Source: Candidatus Fervidifonticultor sextus
GTDB taxonomy: Bacteria > Sysuimicrobiota > Sysuimicrobiia > Sysuimicrobiales > Humicultoraceae
Length of the DNA stretch: 64,000 bases
Assembly (NCBI GenBank): GCA_031459875.1
Contig: JAVKHQ010000011.1
Span: 17,500-81,499, forward strand
Reading direction: 5' to 3'
Below, in pieces: positions 17,141 through 25,176 of the stretch. Within the stretch, counting starts at the first letter, position 1; each line of letters starts with the position of its first letter. A program made the translations under genes and the position numbers. The notes under the pieces are model-generated. The model was not told the origin of the DNA. It saw nothing but the letters and a program-made list of their open reading frames with translations, and did not search any database.

Positions 17141-18421
17141 ATGGCGCTTGAACAGCAGTGGCGTGTCGGCCGGATTGTTCTTGTGGGCGCTGGAGGCATC
17201 TCCCTGGGTTTTGGGCTATCAGGGCTTGCGGAATTCGACCTAGCGTTGGCGGGATTCCTGCTCGTCTTGGCGCTGGCTGGGGAGTGGCTGGAGGTGCGGC
17301 TTCGCCCGCTTGGCAGTTTCACGTTGCGACCCGTCGTTGCTTTCATCGGCCTTTGGATTGCCGGTCCTACTCTCCTAATGTTTGCTGGTTTGCTTCCCAT
17401 TCTTATTATTGGCTTCCTGACAAAGAGAGCTTCTCTTCCGGGGTTGCTTTCTATCGCCGGAAGAGACTCGCTTTGTTTCTGGCTTGCTTTTGTGGCTTAT
17501 CGTGGGACTCTGGGTTTTCGCAACTTGCCATGGGAGATGACAGCTGGGAGCGCGGTGGCCGCCCAGCTCGCTGGCTTAGCCTCATTCTGGATCGCGCAAG
17601 TTCCTCTACAGGCCGTGGAGCTCTACCTCAGGGAAGGGATCCAATTCCGGGCAGTACTCCGGCATCTCGTCCAGCATACATGGGTGCACGCGGTTGCCCT
17701 GGTGCTCGCGGCTCTTGCGTTGAGCTACCTGGAAACAAATTTCGGCTTGGTCGTAATGGGCATTGCAGTCATCATGCTTGTTGAGACCTACTACCCTTGG
17801 AAACTCCTGGGGGAACAGGACGGGATATTGCTCGCTAGCATCCAAATGATGGCCCAGGCTGTAGATCTGAAGGACCCGTACACGTCTAAGCATTCCCAGA
17901 GAGTTTCGCAATTTTCAGTTCGTCTTGCCCGGGCAATGGGACTTGGCGAGGACGAAGTAGAGCGCATTCGGATTGGAGCGCTTATGCATGATATAGGGAA
18001 AATTGGGATAAGTGGACGAATTATCCGCAAACCAAGCAAGCTCACTGCTGAGGAGCATGCGATAATGCGGGAGCACCCATTAGTGAGCGCCGACATAATC
18101 GGACCACTGGAGATACTGGGAGAATCTGCGGAGATGGTTCGGCACCATCACGAAAATTGGGATGGAACTGGTTATCCGAATGGCTTGAAAGGCGAGGAGA
18201 TCCCCCTTGGCTCGCGAATCATCTTTGTCGCAGACGCGTTGGACGCTCTTGTTACGCATCGTCCCTACCGGATGGGAGTACCTTTGGCTGAGGCGTTAGC
18301 GATTATCAAGAAGAACGCAGGTACACAGTTTGATCCGGCCGTTGTGGAAGCGTTGGGTCGGATACCTGAATCTGTTTTGATCGCTATCGTCGCTGACCCC
18401 ACTTCTGCTGCTCAACTATAG
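17141..18421 (+). CDS. Membrane-anchored HD-GYP phosphodiesterase (canonical motifs)
   Basis: Multi-TM N-terminus, then 'KDPYTSKHSQRV', 'HDIGKI', 'HP', 'HHENWDGTGYPNGLKGEEIP', 'ADALDAL', 'RPYR'. Confidence 0.92.
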   Translation: MALEQQWRVGRIVLVGAGGISLGFGLSGLAEFDLALAGFLLVLALAGEWLEVRLRPLGSFTLRPVVAFIGLWIAGPTLLMFAGLLPILIIGFLTKRASLPGLLSIAGRDSLCFWLAFVAYRGTLGFRNLPWEMTAGSAVAAQLAGLASFWIAQVPLQAVELYLREGIQFRAVLRHLVQHTWVHAVALVLAALALSYLETNFGLVVMGIAVIMLVETYYPWKLLGEQDGILLASIQMMAQAVDLKDPYTSKHSQRVSQFSVRLARAMGLGEDEVERIRIGALMHDIGKIGISGRIIRKPSKLTAEEHAIMREHPLVSADIIGPLEILGESAEMVRHHHENWDGTGYPNGLKGEEIPLGSRIIFVADALDALVTHRPYRMGVPLAEALAIIKKNAGTQFDPAVVEALGRIPESVLIAIVADPTSAAQL

Positions 18422-18466
18422 GCCGACTCAAGGGTTGCGCGGGATTGGTGATGGAGGGCTCTCTCC

Positions 18467-21400
18467 ATGGCGAGGCTGCAGATTGGGCTTTTTGGGCGAT
18501 TCACTGTGGCCATTGAGGAAAGACCGATCAAACTCCAGACGGCCGCCGCGCGGCTTCTCGCTTATTTGGCTCTCGCCGGCGAGCGCCCCGTCTCTAGGGG
18601 GCGAATTGCCGGATCGCTGTGGCCAGAGTTGACCGAAGGACGTGCGCGGTCCAATCTCAGTACGGTATCATGGCGGTTGAGATCAGAGCTTTTGGACCAG
18701 GGATTCACGGGTGACGTCATATCCGCCTCGGGCACTCTCTTGTGCCTCAAGATGGCTTCGTGCGACGTGGATGTTGAGCAGTTCCGACAGTCTGCTCTCG
18801 TTCCCAGAGCCGAGGGCTACCCGCTGGAGGCTTTGAGCAGGGCAGTCGGGGCTCTAAGGCTTTACAGGGGTGACCTCTTGGAGGACTGGGATGCCGAGTG
18901 GTGCAACGTAGAAAGAGAGAACCTCCGCCGTAGGTACTTCGATACACTTCGGGCGCTGACGGATGCTTTCGAACAGCGCGGCCGGCTTGACCATGCCGTA
19001 CTTTATGCTCGAATGGCTGCAGGGGCTGAGCCCCTGGACGAGTCAGCACAGCGGACACTGATACGCCTCCTCTTTCTTACCGGCGACAAGGCATCGGCTG
19101 TGAACCAGTTCAACAAGTTCGCGAAGCTCGTTCGATCGGAGCTTGGAACGGAACCTGACGAGGAAACCCTGGCATTGTTTCATGAGATGCTGTCATCATA
19201 TAGGACGCAGCGCTCTCCGTATAGGTTTCAGGCTGGTCGAGACCTGTCAGTTCGTACAGAGAAGGTGCCGCTTCTTGGAAGGGTCGAGCCAAGGCGGCAG
19301 ATCGGTACTTTTCTCGATGCTGCCTACGCAGGCAATGGTGGGGGGTTCTTGCTGCTCGGAGAGGCTGGAATCGGCAAGTCCAAGCTTGCCGAGTGGGCGA
19401 TGGAAGAATGGGCGGCTCGTGGCGGCTCAAGCGTGCTAGGGAGGTGTATGGAGTTCAACGAGCCGGTCCCGTATCAACCTCTGCTCGACGCGCTCGCAGC
19501 CTACATCGAAGCGGCGGATCTTACTGCGTTCATCGGTGAGGGGAATTCCGTCTTGTCAGCGCTACGGATGGGCAACGGGGAGTCCGATCGGGCATTCGGG
19601 CAAACGAGTCGACCCGCCGCCTGGCCCACCGGTAAGTTGCGGCTTTTCCGCTGGCTTCGCGGGCGCCTGGAGGAGGTGAGCCGGAGCCGCCCGCTTCTCA
19701 TGGTCCTCGAGGACCTCCAGTGGGCTGACAAGGGGACCCTGGACTTCCTCACGTACCTCCTCGGAGGCGCCGGCACCATGCCCCTGGCCGTCGTCCTTAC
19801 ATCGCGCCCGGCACATCACCCGCCGAAAAGCCGGCTCGGCACGCAGCGACTCGGGCGCTACTGCTCAGGCACGATCCATCTTGGCCCCCTCAGCAGGGAA
19901 GAGACCTTTCAGTTGGTGCGGAGCCTCGTTGAGGATTGGCAGATTTCTCATGACGTGGCTGATTGGCTGTACAGGGAGACGGAGGGCAATCCACTATTTG
20001 TGATCGAGACCCTCCGGCTATTGCAGCAACAGGACAAGTTCGAATCACTGGCACGGGGTCGCTTGTTTGACGCTGCGCGTGGAGACGACCTGTCCGTGAG
20101 CTTCGAAATCCCGGACGGCGTGCGGTCGGCCGTCCGGCAACGACTCGACATGCTCGATGCTACCGCGCTCCTAATTGCTGAAATCGCATCCGTTTTGGGC
20201 CGGTCTGTCGACGAGGAGTTACTTGCGATGGTATCGGGTACCGGGCCGAACCGCCTCTCTCGGGCGATTGCGCATCTTTTGCGAGTGGGAGTGTTTGAGC
20301 GCGAGAAGGCCGGGTATAGGTTTTCCCATGACAAGATCCGGGCAGTTTGCTACGAAAGCCTGCCGGCCAGAGCTCGGAGGACCTACCACGCGCGGGCCGC
20401 GGCCGCCCTAGCCCAGATGCCGGAGGTACCGGCCCAGCGCCTCGCATGGCACCAGACCTGTGCGGGCCAATGGCATCTTGCCTCGGCCACCTGGGCAGCT
20501 GCCGGGGAGAGCGCTGTTGAGATACATGCCTACGACGAAGCGCTCCGGGCCTACCGCCATGCGATCTCCTGTGTCCGCCGGGACACGACTCGAAGTGCGC
20601 AAGAAAGGAACCTGGAAGAGACTAGGCTCCTCTGTAGGATCGATGAGGTACTCGCGGTGACGGGGAGGCCCGCAGAGCGACGAATAGTACTGGAACAGAT
20701 GGCCCTAGCGAGTCGTCGGGCCTGCCGCGCGCACGCTCAGGCCCTTTGGTTCATCCGCAGGGCCCTATTCGAAGAGCATGAGGCGAATTTCCTTACGGCC
20801 GCCCGGCTTGCACGCAAGGCTTGGTGTATCGCACGAGATGAGGGTGATTCCCTTACAGAGGTGGAAGCCTTGCGCATCATTGCATGGGCGCTGAACCGAC
20901 AGGGGCGCCATGTGCGGTCGTTGGCAGTCTCAAGTCTGGCCTTCAGGAAGGCTGGAAGCCATTCCTCTACGTCGAAGGCGGCCATTTTGCAGGAGGCAGC
21001 TGTTGTTCGTATCAAGTTGAACGACTATGCACTAGCACTATCTTACCTTGAATCGGCTAGGAGGATTCTGACCGATCTGGGTCATGAAGACGACCACCCA
21101 TTGATATTGGCGACTGAGGCCGTAGTGCACAAATGGTCGGGCGACCTAGCCTCCTGTCGATCGTGCCTCACGCGGGCCATTCAGTCTGCAGAGCAAATCG
21201 GAGATGCCGTCACCGCAGCCAGGGTCTCGTTCCAGCTCGTCACCGTTGATGCACTGGAAGGCAGGCTTGGAGATTCCTTGCGGAGGCTTAGAAAGGCAAT
21301 CGTCGCCAGTCGGTCGGCCGGCTACCAACGCACCGGGATTTCCTGCCTGAATGAGGTGGCGAACGGGATCGGCCGCCTGATCGGCAACTATAGATGGGCA

Positions 21401-22081
21401 TGGGATGCGTCTGCCCGGGCCCTTCGAATGGCGCATGCCGCCGGGAATGACCTCTTGACTGCAGTTTGTCGGGATTCCCAAGCGCAGCTGCTTATGGAGG
21501 AAGGCCGGACTGCTGAGGCGCTGTCGGCCATCGATGAGGTCCTCGGGCTACTAGAGCGCACACACACATCACTTGGCCCAAGCCAGGAATCACTTGCACG
21601 TCGTGGTGCCATCCTGCTGCAAATGGGTAACCTTCCGCAAGCCATCGCCGACCTCGAACGTGCCAGACGTACCCAGACAGAGACCGGCGACCGCCTCGTC
21701 CTGGTGGACACTTTGACCTATCTGGCGCTGGCCTACGCGAAACGTGGCGACGCCGACCGGGGTCTGGCGACCTCCGAAGAGGCGCTCCGCCTGCTCGAAC
21801 AGATCGGCTTCGCGAACTACCAACCCCAACGCATCTTCTGGCACCACTACCTCATTCTCGAGATGCTCGATCGCCAGCCGTGCCTGGACTACCTAAGGAG
21901 AGCCGTTGAGTTCATTGAGGCACAGGCCTTGACACTGTCCAGGGCACAGGCGTGGCGGCTACGGACCCGTGTCCCCCTCAACCGCGAGATCCTGGCGGCG
22001 TGGGAGCGACACCGCCAGGCTCCAGACTCAGAGCAACGGATGGGAGAGCCCCAGGCTGTGCAGGCCGTTGGCCTCCTGTGA
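18467..22081 (+). CDS. SARP/BTAD - P-loop NTPase (STAND-like) - TPR transcriptional regulator
   Basis: Winged-helix-like start, BTAD-like 'LYRGDLL..W..EW..ERE...EPLDE', Walker A 'GEAGIGKS', Walker B 'MVLEDLQWAD', 'TEGNPLF', helical-repeat C-terminus; GGAGG RBS. Confidence 0.88.
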   Translation: MARLQIGLFGRFTVAIEERPIKLQTAAARLLAYLALAGERPVSRGRIAGSLWPELTEGRARSNLSTVSWRLRSELLDQGFTGDVISASGTLLCLKMASCDVDVEQFRQSALVPRAEGYPLEALSRAVGALRLYRGDLLEDWDAEWCNVERENLRRRYFDTLRALTDAFEQRGRLDHAVLYARMAAGAEPLDESAQRTLIRLLFLTGDKASAVNQFNKFAKLVRSELGTEPDEETLALFHEMLSSYRTQRSPYRFQAGRDLSVRTEKVPLLGRVEPRRQIGTFLDAAYAGNGGGFLLLGEAGIGKSKLAEWAMEEWAARGGSSVLGRCMEFNEPVPYQPLLDALAAYIEAADLTAFIGEGNSVLSALRMGNGESDRAFGQTSRPAAWPTGKLRLFRWLRGRLEEVSRSRPLLMVLEDLQWADKGTLDFLTYLLGGAGTMPLAVVLTSRPAHHPPKSRLGTQRLGRYCSGTIHLGPLSREETFQLVRSLVEDWQISHDVADWLYRETEGNPLFVIETLRLLQQQDKFESLARGRLFDAARGDDLSVSFEIPDGVRSAVRQRLDMLDATALLIAEIASVLGRSVDEELLAMVSGTGPNRLSRAIAHLLRVGVFEREKAGYRFSHDKIRAVCYESLPARARRTYHARAAAALAQMPEVPAQRLAWHQTCAGQWHLASATWAAAGESAVEIHAYDEALRAYRHAISCVRRDTTRSAQERNLEETRLLCRIDEVLAVTGRPAERRIVLEQMALASRRACRAHAQALWFIRRALFEEHEANFLTAARLARKAWCIARDEGDSLTEVEALRIIAWALNRQGRHVRSLAVSSLAFRKAGSHSSTSKAAILQEAAVVRIKLNDYALALSYLESARRILTDLGHEDDHPLILATEAVVHKWSGDLASCRSCLTRAIQSAEQIGDAVTAARVSFQLVTVDALEGRLGDSLRRLRKAIVASRSAGYQRTGISCLNEVANGIGRLIGNYRWAWDASARALRMAHAAGNDLLTAVCRDSQAQLLMEEGRTAEALSAIDEVLGLLERTHTSLGPSQESLARRGAILLQMGNLPQAIADLERARRTQTETGDRLVLVDTLTYLALAYAKRGDADRGLATSEEALRLLEQIGFANYQPQRIFWHHYLILEMLDRQPCLDYLRRAVEFIEAQALTLSRAQAWRLRTRVPLNREILAAWERHRQAPDSEQRMGEPQAVQAVGLL

Positions 22082-22156
22082 GAGGGCTCTGAGAGACTCC
22101 CTGCCTACGCTTCGGTCATCCGGAGGAATTGCGCCCGTGGCGCGGGTGAAGAGGCC

Positions 22157-22987
22157 ATGGCAGGCCGAATCGTCGCTCGGTTCTTGGTGGACCGCCCGGT
22201 GCGGCCCGGGATGGTGCGGGCCATCCTCGACACCCTCTCGGCCCAGGGCGGTGCGTACGAGCCACAGCTCATCCGGCGTGCGACAGACGAAGGACCGCGG
22301 CGGATCACCTGGAGCCGGATGGCCGGGCTCCTCGACGACATCGGACAGGCTGGGCTCCGGACTACCTTCCTGAGGGTGTCCGACGGTCGCCCGGAGCCGG
22401 TGCTCTCCTTCTCGATGAGCGCCTCACCTCGCAGCGATCCGAGCCGGGTCACCATGACGATCCCAGCAGCGGCGCTGGCCGCCAGTAGCGATGTCGAGCA
22501 GGTCCTCGGCGTGTGCAAGGGGTTGTACCTGTTCCTGGAGTCCCCCTGGGGCACCGTAGAACTCGAAGACGCTGCAGGGTCTTCTGAGGAGCAGTTGCGG
22601 ACGGATCCATCGCCTCCGGCCGTGACGCGTCCGGGTGCCGCGGCGTCGCCCGCGCCCTCGGGGGATGCGCCTACGTTCCTCCGCTGGGCCAACTTCTTCG
22701 GCCCCCAGGTGATCGCGCGGGTCGGGCCGGCACGCCTGCTGACATCGATGGCATTCATCGTCGAGATTCTCCCCGACGGGGGGATCATGCTGGTCACCCA
22801 TCCGTCTCCTCAGATGGCGGCGACCCCAGAAGGCCGGGCCCTCCAGCGGCAGATCGAAGACTCGACGGGGATCGGCGGGGCACTATCCGCCTTCAGCGGA
22901 GGGAGGCGAAGGCCTCCTTCACCTTCCCGTCTGCCTCGCACCACGGGACGGCGCCGCCTATCGGGGCACGAGGACGAAGACCCCTGA
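22157..22987 (+). CDS. Hypothetical protein
   Basis: GAGG RBS, host-like codon usage, fills the gap before mraZ. Confidence 0.7.
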   Translation: MAGRIVARFLVDRPVRPGMVRAILDTLSAQGGAYEPQLIRRATDEGPRRITWSRMAGLLDDIGQAGLRTTFLRVSDGRPEPVLSFSMSASPRSDPSRVTMTIPAAALAASSDVEQVLGVCKGLYLFLESPWGTVELEDAAGSSEEQLRTDPSPPAVTRPGAAASPAPSGDAPTFLRWANFFGPQVIARVGPARLLTSMAFIVEILPDGGIMLVTHPSPQMAATPEGRALQRQIEDSTGIGGALSAFSGGRRRPPSPSRLPRTTGRRRLSGHEDEDP

Positions 22988-23137
22988 ACCACATCATGTA
23001 GTGGGCGCTTCGGTTGTCGCCCGCTAGATCTGCTCCACTCCTTCTCGGCGCTCGCTGGAAACCCGCATCCAGCAAGGGTCCCTGCGGCTGGCTTCCTGGA
23101 TTTTTTCTCTGCTGGCGATGCCTGGCAGGAGGAGTTT

Positions 23138-23183
23138 GTGGGAAGACGGAGAATAGCGTGGGACGAAGTGGGGATATGTGGGG
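23138..23183 (+). promoter_or_regulatory. MraZ-binding direct repeats (dcw boxes)
   Basis: GTGGG at 23138, 23158, 23168 and 23178 (10-bp phase) directly before the mraZ ATG. Confidence 0.8.
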
Positions 23184-23606
23184 ATGCTCAAGGGCGAGTT
23201 CCAGTACGCGCTGGACGACAAGGGCCGGGTGGTGATCCCGCCCAAGTTCCGGCGCGCACTGGGGGACCAAGTGGTCGCTACACGTGGGGTCGACCCCTGC
23301 ATCAGCGTGTACTCGCCGGCCGAGTGGGCCAGGGTTGAGGAGCGTCTCCGCAGGCTCTCGACGCGGCAGCGCGACGTCGTACGGTTCCTGCTGGCGGGCG
23401 CCGTGGACCTGGAACTGGACCGGCAGGGCCGGGTGACGCTGCCGCCGCACCTGCGGCAGCATGCCGGAATCGATCGGGACGTGGTGGTGGTCGGTCTGAT
23501 CAGCCGTCTTGAGATCTGGAGCCGGCCGGCTTGGCAATCGTACTTGGAGAAGGCCCAGAAGTCTGCCCCGCAGATCGCGGAGCAGATCGAGGAGCTGAGC
23601 ATATAG
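23184..23606 (+). CDS. mraZ: Division/cell wall cluster repressor MraZ
   Basis: 'LDDKGRVVIP' and 'LDRQGRVTLP' repeats, 'RLEIW'. Confidence 0.96.
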   Translation: MLKGEFQYALDDKGRVVIPPKFRRALGDQVVATRGVDPCISVYSPAEWARVEERLRRLSTRQRDVVRFLLAGAVDLELDRQGRVTLPPHLRQHAGIDRDVVVVGLISRLEIWSRPAWQSYLEKAQKSAPQIAEQIEELSI

Positions 23607-24703
23607 CCGGATCGGAGGCGGCCGCCGCCGGGCACGTCCCGGTGTTGCTCCAGGATGTGCTCGCCTGGCTCGACCCCAGGCCCGGCGGGGTGTATGTCGA
23701 TGCCACGATCGGGGCGGGCGGACACGCCGAGGCGATTCTGGAACGGATCGCCCCGACCGGGCGGCTGATCGGGATCGACCGCGACGCCGAGGCGCTGGAG
23801 GTCGCGGCGCAGCGACTGGCTCGATACGCAGCAAACGTCACACTTCGGCACGCAGACTTCTCGGCCATCCGCGAGGTGATCGCGGAGGCCGGCATCGGGG
23901 CGGTGGACGGCATCGTGATGGACCTGGGAGCCTCCTCGCTGCAGCTCGAGGGGCCGGACCGCGGGTTCAGCTTCCTGCGGCCGGGTCCGCTCGACATGCG
24001 CATGGATCGGTCCCAGCCGCTGCGCGCTGCCGACCTGGTCAACGAACTCCCCGAAGACGACTTGGCCGACATCCTCTGGCGGTACGGCGAGGAGCGCTGG
24101 GCGCGGCGGATCGCCCGCGAGGTCGTCCGGCGCCGGCCGATCGAGACCACGGACCAGCTCGCCGCGGTGGTCAGCGGCGCGATCCCGCGGCGGGCCTGGC
24201 CTCGATCGATCCATCCGGCCACGCGGACGTTCCAGGCTCTGCGCATCGCCGTCAACCGCGAACTCGATCAGCTGGAACGGGCGCTGCCCGAAGCGGTGGG
24301 GGCTCTCCGGGAGGGAGGTCGGCTCTGCGTGATCACCTTCCACTCCCTGGAAGATCGCATCCTCAAACACACCCTCCTGCGCCTCTCCCGTGGCTGCACC
24401 TGTCCTCCCGGGAGCCCCACCTGCACCTGCGGCGGCCGGCGGCTCATCCGCATACTGACGCGCAAGCCCATTGCGCCGTCGGCCGCCGAGGTCGCGTCCA
24501 ACCCCCGCGCGCGCAGCGCCAAGCTGCGGGTCGCGGAGCGTCTGCATCGCGATGAAGAGGCAACGCCAGATGCGTCGGAGGCCGGTCATCCCAGCGCTGA
24601 CTCCATCCTCCCCTTCGTCCCTCCTGACCACGTCTCTCCGGCACCCGGCCTCCGACGTGTTGGCTCTGATCCGCCGGGACTGTTCCCCCCGCGGGCGGCA
24701 TGA
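23603..24703 (+). CDS. rsmH: 16S rRNA m4C1402 methyltransferase (probable ATA start)
   Basis: 'HVPVLL', 'DATIGAGGH', 'DLGASS', 'LDMRMD', 'FQALRIAVN', 'NPRARSAKLR'. Confidence 0.95.
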   Translation: MAGSEAAAAGHVPVLLQDVLAWLDPRPGGVYVDATIGAGGHAEAILERIAPTGRLIGIDRDAEALEVAAQRLARYAANVTLRHADFSAIREVIAEAGIGAVDGIVMDLGASSLQLEGPDRGFSFLRPGPLDMRMDRSQPLRAADLVNELPEDDLADILWRYGEERWARRIAREVVRRRPIETTDQLAAVVSGAIPRRAWPRSIHPATRTFQALRIAVNRELDQLERALPEAVGALREGGRLCVITFHSLEDRILKHTLLRLSRGCTCPPGSPTCTCGGRRLIRILTRKPIAPSAAEVASNPRARSAKLRVAERLHRDEEATPDASEAGHPSADSILPFVPPDHVSPAPGLRRVGSDPPGLFPPRAA

Positions 24704-25176
24704 CCGGCATGATGGCGCCCGAGCGTCGCTCGCGGTTCTTTCCGGTCTGGCTGCCCGACCGTCCTCCCTGCGGGCAGCCCGCAGTCCGGCGCCGGGTACG
24801 CCTGCACCCGATGGCCGGCGCGATGGTGATGGCGGCGCTTCTCACCCTGCCGGCTTTGGTCTACGTGTGGCAACGTGCATACCGGATCGAGGCCGGCTAC
24901 ACGATCCTGCGCCTGCAGCGCGATGTGGCCCGGCTGCGCGCGGAACACGCGCGGCTGCAGCTGCAGGTGGCGGCCCTGAAATCGCCGCAGCGGATCGAAC
25001 ACTACGCCACCACAGAGCTGGGCATGGTGCCGCCCCGCCAGCGCCAGCTCGTCGCCATCACCGTCGGGCCGGCCATCGCGCAGGTCGAACAACCGTCCGG
25101 CCGCCGCGGCCTGCTGGACCAGCTCGCCGCGTGGTTCGGGAGGAGTGAGGCCGAGGCCAGAGAGCGACGGCGATGA
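24700..25176 (+). CDS. ftsL: Cell division protein FtsL
   Basis: Single TM plus leucine zipper, 'LKSPQRIEHYATTELGM'; lies between rsmH and the PBP gene. Confidence 0.85.
   Translation: MTGMMAPERRSRFFPVWLPDRPPCGQPAVRRRVRLHPMAGAMVMAALLTLPALVYVWQRAYRIEAGYTILRLQRDVARLRAEHARLQLQVAALKSPQRIEHYATTELGMVPPRQRQLVAITVGPAIAQVEQPSGRRGLLDQLAAWFGRSEAEARERRR

Noticed and set aside
22986..23004. NrdR-box-like sequence (GAACCACATCATGTAG) upstream of mraZ
   Set aside because: Single copy with a core mismatch and no nucleotide-reduction gene downstream
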